The position numbers were made by a program, and so were the translations under genes. Below, in pieces: positions 33,551-47,354 of a DNA stretch of 64,000 nucleotides (positions are counted from its first letter, which is position 1; the number at the start of each line of letters is the position of its first letter). The DNA is taken from positions 28,458,001-28,522,000 of the forward strand of contig CATNEN010000038.1 in assembly GCA_950097015.1 (NCBI GenBank). Direction: 5' to 3'. This stretch comes from Macrostomum hystrix (Eukaryota; Animalia; Platyhelminthes). Below the pieces are notes generated by a model. The model did not search any database, had not been told where the DNA came from, and saw only the letters and a program-made list of their open reading frames with translations.

Positions 33551-36025
33551 GCTTTAAAGGATATTGGGTCTTCAACTTCATTCAAGATTATCCTAGAAGC
33601 GAATTAAGTATTTTTAGCTGGATTTTCAATTTTGACGAAGATATCTTCAGGATAAAATTGAACAAAGAGGGTATGTAAACACGATATTTAAACACAAAAG
33701 ATAAGAACCGCATTGTGTTAGCTTGAAACTAACGAGTCGATGATACTTAAAGTCGTCGATAAACTATTAAATACTTTTACTTTGTTTTCATGTTAGCATT
33801 TTTAGTAGCGTAAACTAAAATTTAATGGATTTTACAATGACGTTAAGATTTCACAATAATTTTTAAGGGGCTAGCAAAATGATAACAATCTATCTTGAGT
33901 ACAAATGAGGATCAAACAGCTATATTGTTTAAATTTGCAGGAAACAAATAGATATCTGAAAAAATACGCAAATAGGCTGTAACTCCTGCTGCAAGTAGGG
34001 CGCGTGCGTGTAAAATCACAAGATAACGTATATTTTCGTCAGACTTTGCATGTAAGGTTGCAAATTTTATTGATCAATAATGACAGATGTGAGTCTTAAA
34101 ATTGTTTTTTTAAGTAAACTATTTTTCCGTGAGTAAGGTATTTTAGTGCTTCATTTAATCCATATATATTATCAAAACTATCACAAAAAATCGATAGTAT
34201 GTCAGCAAAATGTCAGGAAGCTTGCTGAGTAGCCCGGAGGCTAGAACTTTGAACTTCTCACCGACGAAAATCTGTGCTTAATGGAGACAATTAACAATAG
34301 AAAGGCCTCTGTGTGTATTTCAAATACCCAGTTTCTGTATTGGGAGATACAGAAACTGGAGTTGTCTCCAGAGATACAAAACTGCGTAGGGCGTAGCAAC
34401 CGTTGTTCAGCGCACTCTGCGCACCTGTAGATACGAGCTTCTGGCTATAGCAACTTTTTTAAAAAGCAGTCCTCACATTTTCAGGTGTGAGGTGCAGCTG
34501 CTAAACCCGGTAACAGTGCACCAAAACACCCGAGAAACACGGGACAGATGAGATTTTGTTTTAATTAACAGTTCTCACACAGTGCTCTCGGCAACAGCAG
34601 CTCGTATGTGCAGGACTACAGATGTACATGACAATTTTTTATCATTTGCGAAATTTAAAATACTAACTTACCACACCCGTAAAGTTCGTTTTGAACTTCT
34701 TTTTTTAGTCTCGTCTACTTCGAAATTCACGTCGCACCACCTGAAGCTAAGAACATGATATAAGACATTATTCTTAGATTGCGCTATTGCGCTAGCCTAT
34801 ATATAAGCTTGTTGTTGCTGGACTGGGCTGTGTATAGAATTCAAAAGTGCTGCTTTTATGACTCGCTGCTTTCAGCTATTTAGCCAGCTAGTGCATGGGG
34901 TGGCAAACTTGCTATTGAAACTGCTGGCCTCTTAAACATGTGCGTGTGTGTGTTGTAAAAAAGATCACAGAGGAGTGCCGACGCAAGGCCGGTACGATCG
35001 CACAGACAGGCTTTAGCCTTACCTTCGCAAATCGACACGTTAGAATCTACTTCTTTATACTACTTAATAGCTACTTGTTGTAAGTAGCATGAAAGAATAT
35101 GCATGAATTTTCTGCGACCCCTGATTCATCAGCAAAACAATAAATTATAGTGTGACTTCAGCTGCCGTTTCAGTTGAGACTGGAGTCGATCCGTTTTGAA
35201 AAAGTCAATAGAGAGGCCAGCTAGAAGTTTGGCGAGATAAATGAGCCAATCTCTTTCCTCATCGTTCAAAAAAACTATTCTTCCATCAATTAAACACACT
35301 AGAATTACCTTAAGCCCATTAATGAGTCTTTGTTCGCATGGAGAGAGAAGAGAGGTGAGCAGATTTATAAAAAAGGATGGAGTTGTAAATCTTTCACCTC
35401 TGAGCGGGTTGTAATCTGTTCCGGTTGCAGGCTATTATTGAACCTCCTGCAGCGGCGCAGTGAGTAAGGCGATAGGGGGGCTCAGATAATAACAATAATA
35501 ATAGCTCTCTCGATCAAAGCGTGGAGGAAAGAGATCAAACGAGAATGCCGACAGACAAAAAAGAGAGAGACGGAGAGCCGACTCCAATGCCACAGTGGGG
35601 CCATGATCAGAACTATTTATAATTATAGCATATCTGCATTCCCTTATGTGTGTTTGTTTGTGTAAACCAAGTTACAATATTGATTCTATTTAAAATGACC
35701 GAAGCCAATATGGTGCAAGTAGCAATTTAGCTGTCTATAGATATGAAATGGTTTCAACTTCAAGCCGCAGTATATAATATGCGAGCTTTCGGGGCGGTTC
35801 AGTGATATTTAATTTATCAATCTAACGTACACTTGTATATCAGATTGAGTTTGTCTCTATATATTCGCTACCTACTAAGCGTAAACAAAACTTTGCCGTT
35901 GGTTTTAAGTGGATAAAATTTCAGATCCCCAACTAATCAAAATCGGAGTTTCGCAGCAATAATTCTTCAAGTTAAATAACACGATCACTATTTACCTACT
36001 CACTGGCTGCACTCTTAGGAGAATT

Positions 36026-36358
36026 GTGGGCAATGGCACATCATTTGGTGACATTAGACCCGCAGCCAGCGAGGAAGCAATTCTGCCCATTTCGCTGACT
36101 CCTGGGCACACACGCACAGATAACGTACGCAGGTACATGCTCACACAGGTGTGTACATCAGCCGTGACTTTCTCATCGTCAGGCAGTGTACACTCTCACT
36201 GTGCCTTGGAGGTTGGCCCTCAAGGTCGTATATTCCACGACAAGCCCTCAGTCTTCTCTCCGTGGCTGCGCCCCAAATAAATGTGGCCTCGCCGCGGAAT
36301 CGAGCTCAAGGACCTTGGTACGAGAGGCAAACGTGATAACCACTCTGCCAGTCACCCC
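36026..36358 (-). mobile_element. tRNA-derived SINE family A copy
   Basis: Collinear with 31710-32033; head CTGGCAGAGTGG..GAGCTCGATTCC. Confidence 0.82.
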
Positions 36359-37617
36359 GATATTACTTGTACTGACAATCTATACTTATTTTCTAATCTG
36401 GTGCAATATTTTATCGTGCTTAAACATTGCCGCATGGCAACAAGTGATTAATAGCCACGGACAATAGCATTCAAATTCCAGCCAATTAGTAAAACACGAT
36501 TATAATTTAGAATGTGCTAGAGAGCCAGCAATGTCCAGCCACCGTTACCTACTTCTGTGGTACAGGCCCTGAAGTTGTCGATTCTGTCAAGATTTCAGGC
36601 ACAAAAGCAGAATTAATTATCGGTTTGATATACCTGGCAGTCTTGCGGTAGCAAACACTGATGGAAATTCCCCCCACCGATGATAAATGTGACAACGGCC
36701 ATAGATACCGCACGGCACTTTCTGGCCTAGATTTTTTTCCGTATCTTGGCTCCCGAGGGAGTGAAAAATATGCAGCCCGTGACTTACAACTGAAAGCAGC
36801 CCCCCCTGAAAGATTGATGACATGCAATGGTCGGCATAGCCAAGAAGTGGATTCCTTTGTAATGCTACAAAGTGATTTAGGCTGAAGCCAAAATCATTGA
36901 CCGCTTCTTACTCGCAGAGAAAAGATTTGCACAGAATGCATTTTGCTATACATTGCGACTAAGCGGAGCAAAAAATACTTTAACTATTGTCTCCGTAAGA
37001 TTCCCCTGAGTTCAAAGTTCCAAACTTCCATAGAATACAAATTCATGAATAGTAGCTCTTCCATCTATCATTTACAAAGAGTATATTTTCCCCTATAACT
37101 CTCCCCCTAGTCCTTCTCCCATTCTCCCTCTCCCTTCTCCTTTTCAATATTCCCAACACGAAAAGCACTAATTTATTTTCAAAGTTTCCGTTTTCTTCAT
37201 CAGATATACCAGAGACAAAAGCAGTTGTAAATTACAGCATATCTGGATATCTTTATCAACAGAAAACATCGAAACATTTTTGGCACACGATCGTTTCCCC
37301 TTACTGCGCATTTTCGTGTGCGTGGTGACTGTTTCAAATATGTGTTCAACGACAGCTATAGCGCGCAAAACTTCAGCATGGCAACCCAACACTGCAGGCT
37401 GCATTGCTGCATTATAGGAAAGAGAAAGTGCTTGCTGCAGATTTTAGCAACAAACAACTTTCGGGTCTTTCAATTTGGGCATTTTGCGCAGTTAAAATCT
37501 TGTACCATTTTCCTACATTTTATGAAATTCTAATTAAACCTGATGCACGAATCGATATAATTCAAGATGCTCCAGTCTTGATTCAATTAGAGACATGGTA
37601 TGCACCGGAGGGAGGGA

Positions 37618-40600
37618 TAGAATGGGGATCAGAGAGACTGGATGGGAGAAATAGACAGAATGGGGATCAGAGAGACTGGATGGGAGAAATAGACAGAATG
37701 GGGATCAGAGAGACTGGATGGGAGAAATAGACAGAATGAGGATCAGAGAGACTGGATGGGAGAAATAGACAGAATGAGGATCAGAGAGACTGGATAGGAG
37801 AAATAGACAGAATGAGGATCAGAGAGACTAAATGGGAGAAATAGAAAGAATGAGGATCAGAGAGACTGGATGGGAGAAATAGACAGAATGGGGATCCGAG
37901 AGACTGGATAGGAGAAATAAACAGAATGAGGATCAGAGAGACTGGATGGGAGAAATAGACAGAATGGGGATCAGAGAGACTGGATAGGAGAAATAAACAG
38001 AATGGGATCAGTAGACGGGATGGGAGAAATAGACAGAATGGGATCATAGAGACTGGATGGGAGAAATAGACAGAATGAGGATCAGAGAGACTGGATGGGA
38101 GAAATAGACAGAATGGGATCAGTAGACTGGATGGGAGAAATAGACAGAATGAGGATCAGAGAGACTGGATGGGAGAAATAGACAGAATGGGATCAGTAGA
38201 CTGGATGGGAGAAATAGACAGAATGAGGATCAGAGAGACTGGATGGGAGAAATAGACAAAATGGGGATCAGAGAGACTGGATGGGAGAAATAGACAGAAT
38301 GAGGATCAGAGAGACTGGATGGGAGAAATAGACAGAATGGGGATCAGAGAGACTGGATAGGAGAAATAGACAGAATGAGGATCAGAGAGACTGGATGGGA
38401 GAAATAGACAGAATGGGATCAGTAGACTGGATGGGAGAAATAGACAGAATGGGGATCAGAGAGACTGGATGGGAGAAATAGAATGGGGATCAGAGAGACT
38501 AGATGGGAGAAATAGACAGAATGAGGATCAGAGAGACTGGATGGGAGAAATAGACAGAATGGGATCAGTAGACTGGATGGTAGAAATAGACAGAATGGGA
38601 TCAGTAGACTGGATGGGAGAAATAGACAGAATGAGGATCAGAGAGACTGGATGGGAGAAATAGACAGAATGGGGATCAGAGAGACTGGAGGAGAGAAATA
38701 GACAGAATGGGATCAGTAGACTGGATGGGAGAAATAGACAGAATGGGATCAGTAGACGGGATGGGAGAAATAGACAGAATGGGATGAGTAGACTGGATGG
38801 GAGAAATAGACAGAATGGGGATCAGAGAGACTGGATGGGAGAAATAGACAGAATGGGATCAGAGAGACTGGATGGGAGAAATAGACAGAATGAGGATCAG
38901 AGAGACTGGATGGGAGAAATAGACAGAATGGGGATCAGAGAGACTGGATAGGAGAAATAGACAGAATGGGGTCAGTAGACTGGATGGGAGAAATAGACAG
39001 AATGGGGATCAGAGAGACTGGATGGGAGAAATAGACAGAATGAGGATCAGAGAGACTGGATGAGAGAAATAGACAGAATGGGATCATAGAGACTGGATGG
39101 GAGAAATAGACAGAATGGGATCAGTAGACGGGATGGGAGAAATAGACAGAATGGGATGAGTAGACTGGATGGGAGAAATAGACAGAATGGGATCAGAGAG
39201 ACTGGATGGGAGAAATAGACAGAATGGGATCAGTAGACTGGATGGGAGAAATAGACAGAATGGGGATCAGAGAGACTGGATGGGAGAAATAGACAGAATG
39301 GGGATCAGAGAGACTGGATGGGAGAAATAGACAGAATGAGGATCAGAGAGACTGGATGGGAGAAATAGACAGAATGGGATCAGTAGACGGGATGGGAGAA
39401 ATAGACAGAATGGGATCATAGAGACTGGATGGGAGAAATAGACAGAATGAGGATCAGAGAGACTGGATGGGAGAAATAGACAGAATGGGATCAGTAGACT
39501 GGATGGGAGAAATAGACAGAATGAGGATCAGAGAGACTGGATGGGAGAAATAGACAGAATGGGATCAGTAGACTGGATGGGAGAAATAGACAGAATGAGG
39601 ATCAGAGAGACTGGATGGGAGAAATAGACAAAATGGGGATCAGAGAGACTGGATGGGAGAAATAGACAGAATGAGGATCAGAGAGACTGGATGGGAGAAA
39701 TAGACAGAATGGGGATCAGAGAGACTGGATAGGAGAAATAGACAGAATGAGGATCAGAGAGACTGGATGGGAGAAATAGACAGAATGGGATCAGTAGACT
39801 GGATGGGAGAAATAGACAGAATGGGGATCAGAGAGACTGGATGGGAGAAATAGAATGGGGATCAGAGAGACTAGATGGGAGAAATAGACAGAATGAGGAT
39901 CAGAGAGACTGGATGGGAGAAATAGACAGAATGGGATCAGTAGACTGGATGGTAGAAATAGACAGAATGGGATCAGTAGACTGGGTGGGAGAAATAGACA
40001 GAATGAGGATCAGAGAGACTGGATGGGAGAAATAGACAGAATGGGGATCAGAGAGACTGGAGGAGAGAAATAGACAGAATGGGATCAGTAGACTGGATGG
40101 GAGAAATATAGACAGAATGGGATCAGTAGACGGGATGGGAGAAATAGACAGAATGGGATGAGTAGACTGGATGGGAGAAATAGACAGAATGGGGATCAGA
40201 GAGACTGGATAGGAGAAATAGACAGAATGAGGATCAGAGAGACTGGATGGGAGAAATAGACAGAATGGGATCAGTAGACGGGATGGGAGAAATAGACAGA
40301 ATGGGATGAGTAGACTGGATGGGAGAAATAGACAGAATGGGATCAGAGAGACTGGATGGGAGAAATAGACAGAATGGGATCAGTAGACTGGATGGGAGAA
40401 ATAGACAGAATGGGGATCAGAGAGACTGGATGGGAGAAATAGACAGAATGGGGATCAGAGAGACTGGATGGGAGAAATAGACAGAATGAGGATCAGAGAG
40501 ACTGGATGGGAGAAATAGACAGAATGGGATCAGAGAGACTGGATGGGAGAAATAGACAGAATGGGGATCATAGAGACTGGATGGGAGAAATAGACAGAAT

Positions 40601-40735
40601 GAGGATCAGAGAGACTGGATGGGAGAAATATATAGAATGGGGATCATAGAGACTGGATGGGAGAAATAGACAGAATGGGGATCAGAGAGACTGGATGGGA
40701 GAAATAGACAGAATGAGGATCAGAGAGACTGGATG
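37618..40735. repeat. Minisatellite, 38/36-37-bp unit, ~80 copies, with higher-order duplication
   Basis: (GATCAGAGAGACTGGATGGGAGAAATAGACAGAATGGG)n; the same rare variant series recurs 1372 bp apart (38469 vs 39841). Confidence 0.95.
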
Positions 40736-41289
40736 GGGTGGAGAAATCAAGAAAATAGAAATGGGATTTAAAAACTTAATGGGAGAAGAATGCTAACTCA
40801 GCATTTGAGAGCCAGCCCTGGTCAGCAATAGATCCTCAGTTATGTATGAAAATTTTAAATGACGCAATTTCCACATTTTTGAAGAAGCTCAAAGCTAAGC
40901 GTAGGTGAAGTTTGTGATTAATGACATTCTTAAGACTGCTATAGCTACAAGCAGTCTTTTTCGCCTTTCTGATTGCAAACAATGATTCTTGATAGTGTAA
41001 AGCTATACTGGTGACTTCTCAAAGATTGCTTTGAGATTTGAGAGCAGCAAGCAACCAAGCAGTAACAGACACAGTAGATTTCTATCTAAATTGATGCCTG
41101 TAAGGGCAAGTTGCATTATCTGCTTGCCAATCTTTCACCTATACCAGGTGTTTGTTTTAAATATAATCAGAGACCAATTATGATTTTAACTGCCTTTTAA
41201 AAGCGGAATGACAGCTTAAAAGCGATTTTTATGCCGACAGTAATTGATGAAGCAGAATTATGGATACTAAATCCAGAACAATGCATCCG

Positions 41290-41432
41290 AATTTCGAAAC
41301 CAGAATCCCGAAACCGAAATCCCGAAACCAGAATCCCAAATCCAAAATCCCGAAACCGAAATCCCGAATCCCGAATCCCGAATCCAGAATCCCGAAACCG
41401 AAATCCCGAAAGCAGAATCCCGAAACCAGAAT
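41290..41432. repeat. Short (AATCCCG/AAACCG) tandem repeat
   Basis: Direct reading. Confidence 0.8.
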
Positions 41433-41969
41433 CTGGTTTCATGAATATTATTAAAGTGAATCGCATAGCTATGAAATCTATGAAGATACGCTCCGTGACA
41501 CTTTTCGTCTCTATTGTTGAACTGAAAAACTGTTCGTATGACGGAAATCCCTCAAGACATAGCAAATTTATGCCAAATGGGGACAATCAATCACTGCATT
41601 TGTGCAGCAAGGAGAATAGTCCGAGCGAACTCAGCAGAGCAGAATAATTTTCTAGACCATCGATAACAACTCTGAGCCCATCTTGTAGCAACCCCGCCAC
41701 GAGCCACGTAGCGATCTGAGCACCCAGCTCACTGGAGGTAATCACTGACCTTCAAGACACTCTTCTCTAGAAACCCTTCGAAAAATATGCAAATCAGCTT
41801 GCACAACTCAAATTGATGAGGGCCAGCTATATCTCCCGCATTCCACTAATTGATGGTCTCAAAGTTAAGCGTGAGCATGATATCATCTTTCACGTAAAAG
41901 TTTCATTTTAACGGATAAAAATTAGCAAATCACTGATTCTATTCGCGTAATGTAGTTGATGATAATTCT

Positions 41970-42572
41970 TGGGGGCGCCATGCTACTGGGGGGCGCCATG
42001 CTACTGGGGGGCGCCATGCTACTGGGGGGCGCTATGCTACTGGGGGGCGCTATGCTACTGGGGGGCGCCATGCTACTGGGGGGCGCCATGCTACTGGGGG
42101 GGGCGCCATGCTACTGGGGGGCGCCATGCTACTGGGGGGCGCCATGCTACCAGGGGGCGCCATGCTACTGGGGGGCGCCATGCTACTGGGTGGGGGCGCC
42201 ATGCTACTGGGGGGCGCCATGCTACTGGGTGGGGGCGCCATGCTACTGGGTGGGGGCGCCATGCTACTGGGGGGCGCCATGCTACTGGGTGGGGGCGCCA
42301 TGCTACTGGGTGGGGGCGCCATGCTACTGGGGGGCGCCATGCTACTGGGGGGGCGCCATGCTACTGGGGGGGCGCCATGCTACTGGGGGGCGCCATGCTA
42401 CTGGGGGGCGCCATGCTACTGGGGGGCGCCATGCTACTGGGGGGGGCGCCATGCTACTGGGGGGCGCCATGCTACCAGGGGGCGCCATGCTACTGGGGGG
42501 GGCGCCATGCTACTGGGGAGCGCCATGCTACTCGGGGTGCCATGCTACTGGGGGTGCCACTACCAGGGGGCG
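41970..42572. repeat. G-rich ~18-bp minisatellite
   Basis: (G5-8 CGCCATGCTACT)n, ~30 copies. Confidence 0.95.
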
Positions 42573-43546
42573 CCTGATAGATTTGTCAGCCGATTAGGGG
42601 GGCAAGGCCGCGCTACGCGGCCCCTTCAAACAATATTTTTAATGTTTTTCATGGACTGTTTACGACTAATAGCTGATTCTAACTATAATTATCTCGATAG
42701 ATCTCTAGAAGCATTTACGAGCTAGAATCGTTCAGATCTTGACTTTTTGTGCTATATATTTTTTACTATGTTTTTATGCTAACAAAGAATAACTGCAGCA
42801 ACGCGAAAAACTGTTATCAAAATACAATGCTATAAACAAAGAATTTATCTACCCGTGCGTTAGAAAAATATGAAACAAGTGTCAGACTGAAATACAAAAA
42901 ACTGCATGATTTGCTATTAAGAACAAAGATTGAAGCTTAAGGTGTTAAACTGTTCATGCATAAATATCGACTTCCAGTCAAACCGATCGACCGCCTCTTA
43001 TTCCGTTGACGTCGAGAGGTGTGAATTGACTGAAGTTAAACTGCGCCTTGAAGGCTTTCGGGAATAAAGATTTTCAACTTTAGTTCAACTAATAACACTC
43101 TCAATGACTGTGGCTTTTAGACAGGTGAAAGTGGCAATCGAAGTGGGGCGTGATGCGTGACATTGTAAATCGAACTTCAGCTCCTGAAGGCCCCGCCCCG
43201 CTCAAACCCGAAAATAAACACAGCGCGCACACACACTTGTCTTTTGAATTCTGAGATGGCGTTTAGGTGTGAATTCGCGACAAATCTGTCATTGTTGCGA
43301 GAGATAGAATTTTACAATCCACTTCAGTCTCATTCTCTGGCTGCTCATAAAATAATTCGACTCAATGACTTTGTCTGAAGATAATGAGGAACTGAATTAA
43401 ATTATTGCAGGTAGAAAAAGGAGAAAACTAAATTATGAGGAGAATCTAAGGATTGGGAGGACCTAAGGATTAGAAGAATCTGAGGATCGAGAAGACCTGA
43501 GGGTTTGTACGACCTGAGTGCTGGGAGGACCTGAATTAGAGAAGGA

Positions 43547-44330
43547 ACTGAGGATTGGGAGAACCTGAGGATTGGGAGAACCTGAGGATTGGGAGAACCT
43601 GAGGATTGGGAGAACCTGAGGATTGGGAGAACCTGAGGATTGGGAGAACCTGAGGATTGGGAGAACCTGAGGATTGGGAGAACCTGAGGATTGGGAGAAC
43701 CTGAGGATTGGGAGAACCTGAGGATTGGGAGAACCTGAGGATTGGGAGAACCTGAGGATTGGGAGAACCTGAGGATTGGGAGAACCTGAGGATTGGGAGA
43801 ACCTGAGGATTGGGAGAACCTGAGGATTGGGAGAACCTGAGGATTGGGAGAACCTGAGGATTGGGAGAACCTGAGGATTGGGAGAACCTGAGGATTGGGA
43901 GAACCTGAGGATTGGGAGAACCTGAGGATTGGGAGAACCTGAGGATTGGGAGAACCTGAGGATTGGGAGAACCTGAGGATTGGGAGAACCTGAGGATTGG
44001 GAGAACCTGAGGATTGGGAGAACCTGAGGATTGGGAGAACCTGAGGATTGGGAGAACCTGAGGATTGGGAGAACCTGAGGATTGGGAGAACCTGAGGATT
44101 GGGAGAACCTGAGGATTGGGAGAACCTGAGGATTGGGAGAACCTGAGGATTGGGAGAACCTGAGGATTGGGAGAACCTGAGGATTGGGAGAACCTGAGGA
44201 TTGGCAGAACCTGAGGATTGGGAGAACCTGAGGATTGGGAGAACCTGAGGATTGGGAGAACCTGAGGATTGGGAGAACCTGAGGATTGGGAGAACCTGAG
44301 GATTGGGAGAACCTGAGGATTGGGAGAACC
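43547..44330. repeat. Near-perfect 17-bp minisatellite, ~46 copies
   Basis: (CCTGAGGATTGGGAGAA)n with one visible substitution (~44205) and degenerate flanks. Confidence 0.96.
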
Positions 44331-45524
44331 TGCATAACAGAAGGACCTGAGGACTGGGAGAACCTGAGAAAAGGAACTATAAGACAAATAGGTTCGCCGA
44401 ATATATTGAAAGCCAAGAAAACCAAGAATATATTGGTTTCGCCTCAGCCTCAGCAAAACTCAACTAACAGGTTCGACAGGATTTACTCTGCGCGAACTCA
44501 CCAACGAATTGACGATGCGTTTCCGCTTATTACACCCGAGCAACACGGTACAGAAAGAGAAATTTTCAGTCTTGTTGTGTTGTCTTGGCCTCCCGAACAC
44601 GAACAAATAGGCTCTAGGCGGAGCAATATTGTCTTCTCGTGTCTTTCATGTTCAGCCTCTGGGCGCCTTCATCCCAACCCAAACTTCTCTCTCTTCTCTT
44701 CTCCCCCTCCTGCCGACGCTTCCCATTGCGGCCCGACTTGTCCAGGGTCCAAAAAAAGTTTTTTTGCAACCAAAGTTCCACCACTAGCCAATCCCATGCA
44801 GGCCCGGCTCCCTAATCCGACCCGCAAACCCATTCTGAAGTGCCGTGTTTAAAAAATATACTGCAACACACCCACACACACACACAAGCCTGCGTTGCAC
44901 CGGCTTCCACAGTCAGTTGGTAGGGGGGTCTAACGCTTAAGCTGCTTCTACTAGAAAGATCAAAGCGCTCAGATCCGACACAAATAAGCCTTATTATTTC
45001 CCCCCTACCAGCCTTCAAGCGGCACCAGGGCTTGCCGCCAAAGAGAGAAGAGAGAGAGTCAAAGCGGTGGTTGTTTTTGCTGAACTGGTTAGTTAGTTAG
45101 TTAGTAGGGCCGGGTTGGTGGGGGCAAGTTACGCAGACCAGCAGAACAGAATTGCGGAGCCAAACCCACGAAAGAGAGGCTTGTTGGCCAACCAAACTCT
45201 TTCCATGCTCTCCCCTCCCCTCGCTCTCTTCCCCTTCTTCCGCCGCTAGTCATCCCCTCACTCCGCCAGGCCAACCGAGGGCCCTCCTAATTGCCAGACT
45301 AACGAAACTTCCCGAGAAGAGACGCCCGTTTCGCAGCAGCGGTAGAGCAAACTGTAAAACTCATATCATAAAACTCAAATCATATTAAATAGATCGGCAA
45401 GCGGCGATTCGTGCATAAGTAATCATAAATTGGCTTTCTCAGCTGAAACACCTTGTGCCATATAAGTCTAACGACTCGACTGTAATTCTGTTCAACATAG
45501 ATAGAGATTTGGTCAGATAGCAAC

Positions 45525-45831
45525 ATGACAAACGTACACGGACCTCAGCAGCAACAGCAGCAGCAGCAGCAGCATTCCAGCCGGCACAATGGCATCGTGA
45601 GCGGCGGAGCTGGCATGCTGCATCACCCGATCTATCCTTGGATGCTGGAGAGCAGGCACAGCTCCGCCAGCAGCAAGCACGCCCCTGGCGGTGGCGGCTT
45701 AAGATCTAGCAAGAGCGGCTCCGCAGCCGCCGCAGCAGCAGCAGCAGCAGCAGCGGCGGCGGCGGTGGCAGCGGCAGCGGCGGAGTCGGCGGCGACTTGT
45801 CAGTCGGATTGCGGCATGTCGTTTTCGGGTG
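45525..45831 (+). CDS. Hox3: Hox paralogy group 3 gene, exon 1 (hexapeptide exon)
   Basis: PIYPWM hexapeptide, poly-Q and poly-A; donor GTAAGT at 45832, phase 1, matching exon 2 phase. Confidence 0.85.
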
Positions 45832-46214
45832 GTAAGTTTCGCAATTAATGTCGATCCCGCCCGTTGCTATTATAGCCCGCCCAGTGGCCCCCCTAAAAGA
45901 AGTTGTTCGCGCATATATCAGATTTTTTCCTAGGTTAATTAGTCTAAATTTATGGCCGACAGTGAAATTTTTATGACCCAATGGGGTCTTACATTTCGGT
46001 AGGTGGCTCGTAAAAAGTAGTTTGCAATGCGCGATACCATCGCTTGCAATCTGCATTTTGCGAATGGGATTTCATTGTCGTCAACTTCAACTGTAAATCA
46101 TGCTCAAATCAGTTCGGACTTATGAGAGAAAATTGCTTAAGTATTCGTGTCGTACATTCCAGGAATTCTGTGGATTCATATTCGACTGCATCAATTAATG
46201 AGTTGGGATTTTAG

Positions 46215-46632
46215 AGATCGATATGGGATTTCATAAATTTATTATGGGATTTGATGAATTGATTTGGGATTTCATGAATTGATTTGGGATTTCATGAATT
46301 GATTTGGGATTTCATGAATCGATATGGGATTTCATGAATCGATATGGGATTTCATGAATCGATGTGGGATTTTATGAATCGATGTGGGATTTCATGAATC
46401 GATGTGGGATTTCATGAATCGATATGAGATTTCATAAATTGATATGGGATTTCATGAATCCATGTGGGATTTCATGAATCGATATGGGATTTCATGAATC
46501 GATATGGGATTTCATCAATTGATATGGGATTTCATGAATTGATATGGGATTTCATCAATTGATATAGGATTTCATGAATCGATATGGGATTTCATGAATT
46601 GATATGGGATTTTAGGGATCAATATGGGATTT
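46215..46632. repeat. 20-bp minisatellite in Hox3 intron 1
   Basis: (GATATGGGATTTCATGAATC)n, ~20 copies. Confidence 0.92.
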
Positions 46633-47354
46633 TAAAAGTCATAGTGGGATTTCGTGATCAAGTAGCTAGCAGTTTCATCAAAGCCACAAAGAACTCAAAC
46701 AAATTATGGTACTAATGATGAATTTTCAAAAAGTTTCAAATACACAATGTTCTCTTGACATTCTGTTAAACTTGTCATCAAAGTTTCAATCGGTTATAAA
46801 ATAATCAAACGGATTATTAAACGGTTCGCCTAGCAACAATCCGGTGCGCTGGTGCCCTTAAGCCTCTAAAACTCAAATCAGAACTATAGGTAAATAAGCC
46901 CCACTGTAGCTACAGCCAGTATCACGGAGCAATTTTGATCCGGACACAAGATCTCCCCTCGAAAACTCCCCTTTCCTCCCCCACCCCAGACACAGGAGGT
47001 CCATGACGCTATTAGATTCATGGGGGCCATAATTTATAATCTGCAGCCGCGAGACCCGAAATGCCCCCTTTCCAAAGCAGCCATTCACCGCTGGAACACA
47101 ATAATAGCAAACTAGAACTAGACTAGAGAATACACACACGCAGACACACAGACACAGTCAGTCAGTGGGCTGAATTAGCGGTCATAAATTTTCACTTCTA
47201 CATTGGACACCGCTTCCGCACAGCCCTGTATGGGAGAATCCTCCCCAATGCGCTCTGTAGCAACACGATCCCGCGCACTTATTTTTCCTATTGCTGCGCA
47301 TTATGCCGCGATTGTTCCTGTAGATTTGGTTTAAGAAAACGGTCAACTAATGCG

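Noticed and set aside
41956-44456. Repeat ORFs (GGAMLL, QVLPILRFSQSSGSPNP)
   Set aside because: Products of 18- and 17-bp minisatellites, open in several frames
45360-45980. Cluster of TTTATG (Cdx/posterior Hox-type) sites around Hox3 exon 1
   Set aside because: Four short AT-rich motifs in AT-rich DNA cannot be told from chance without conservation data
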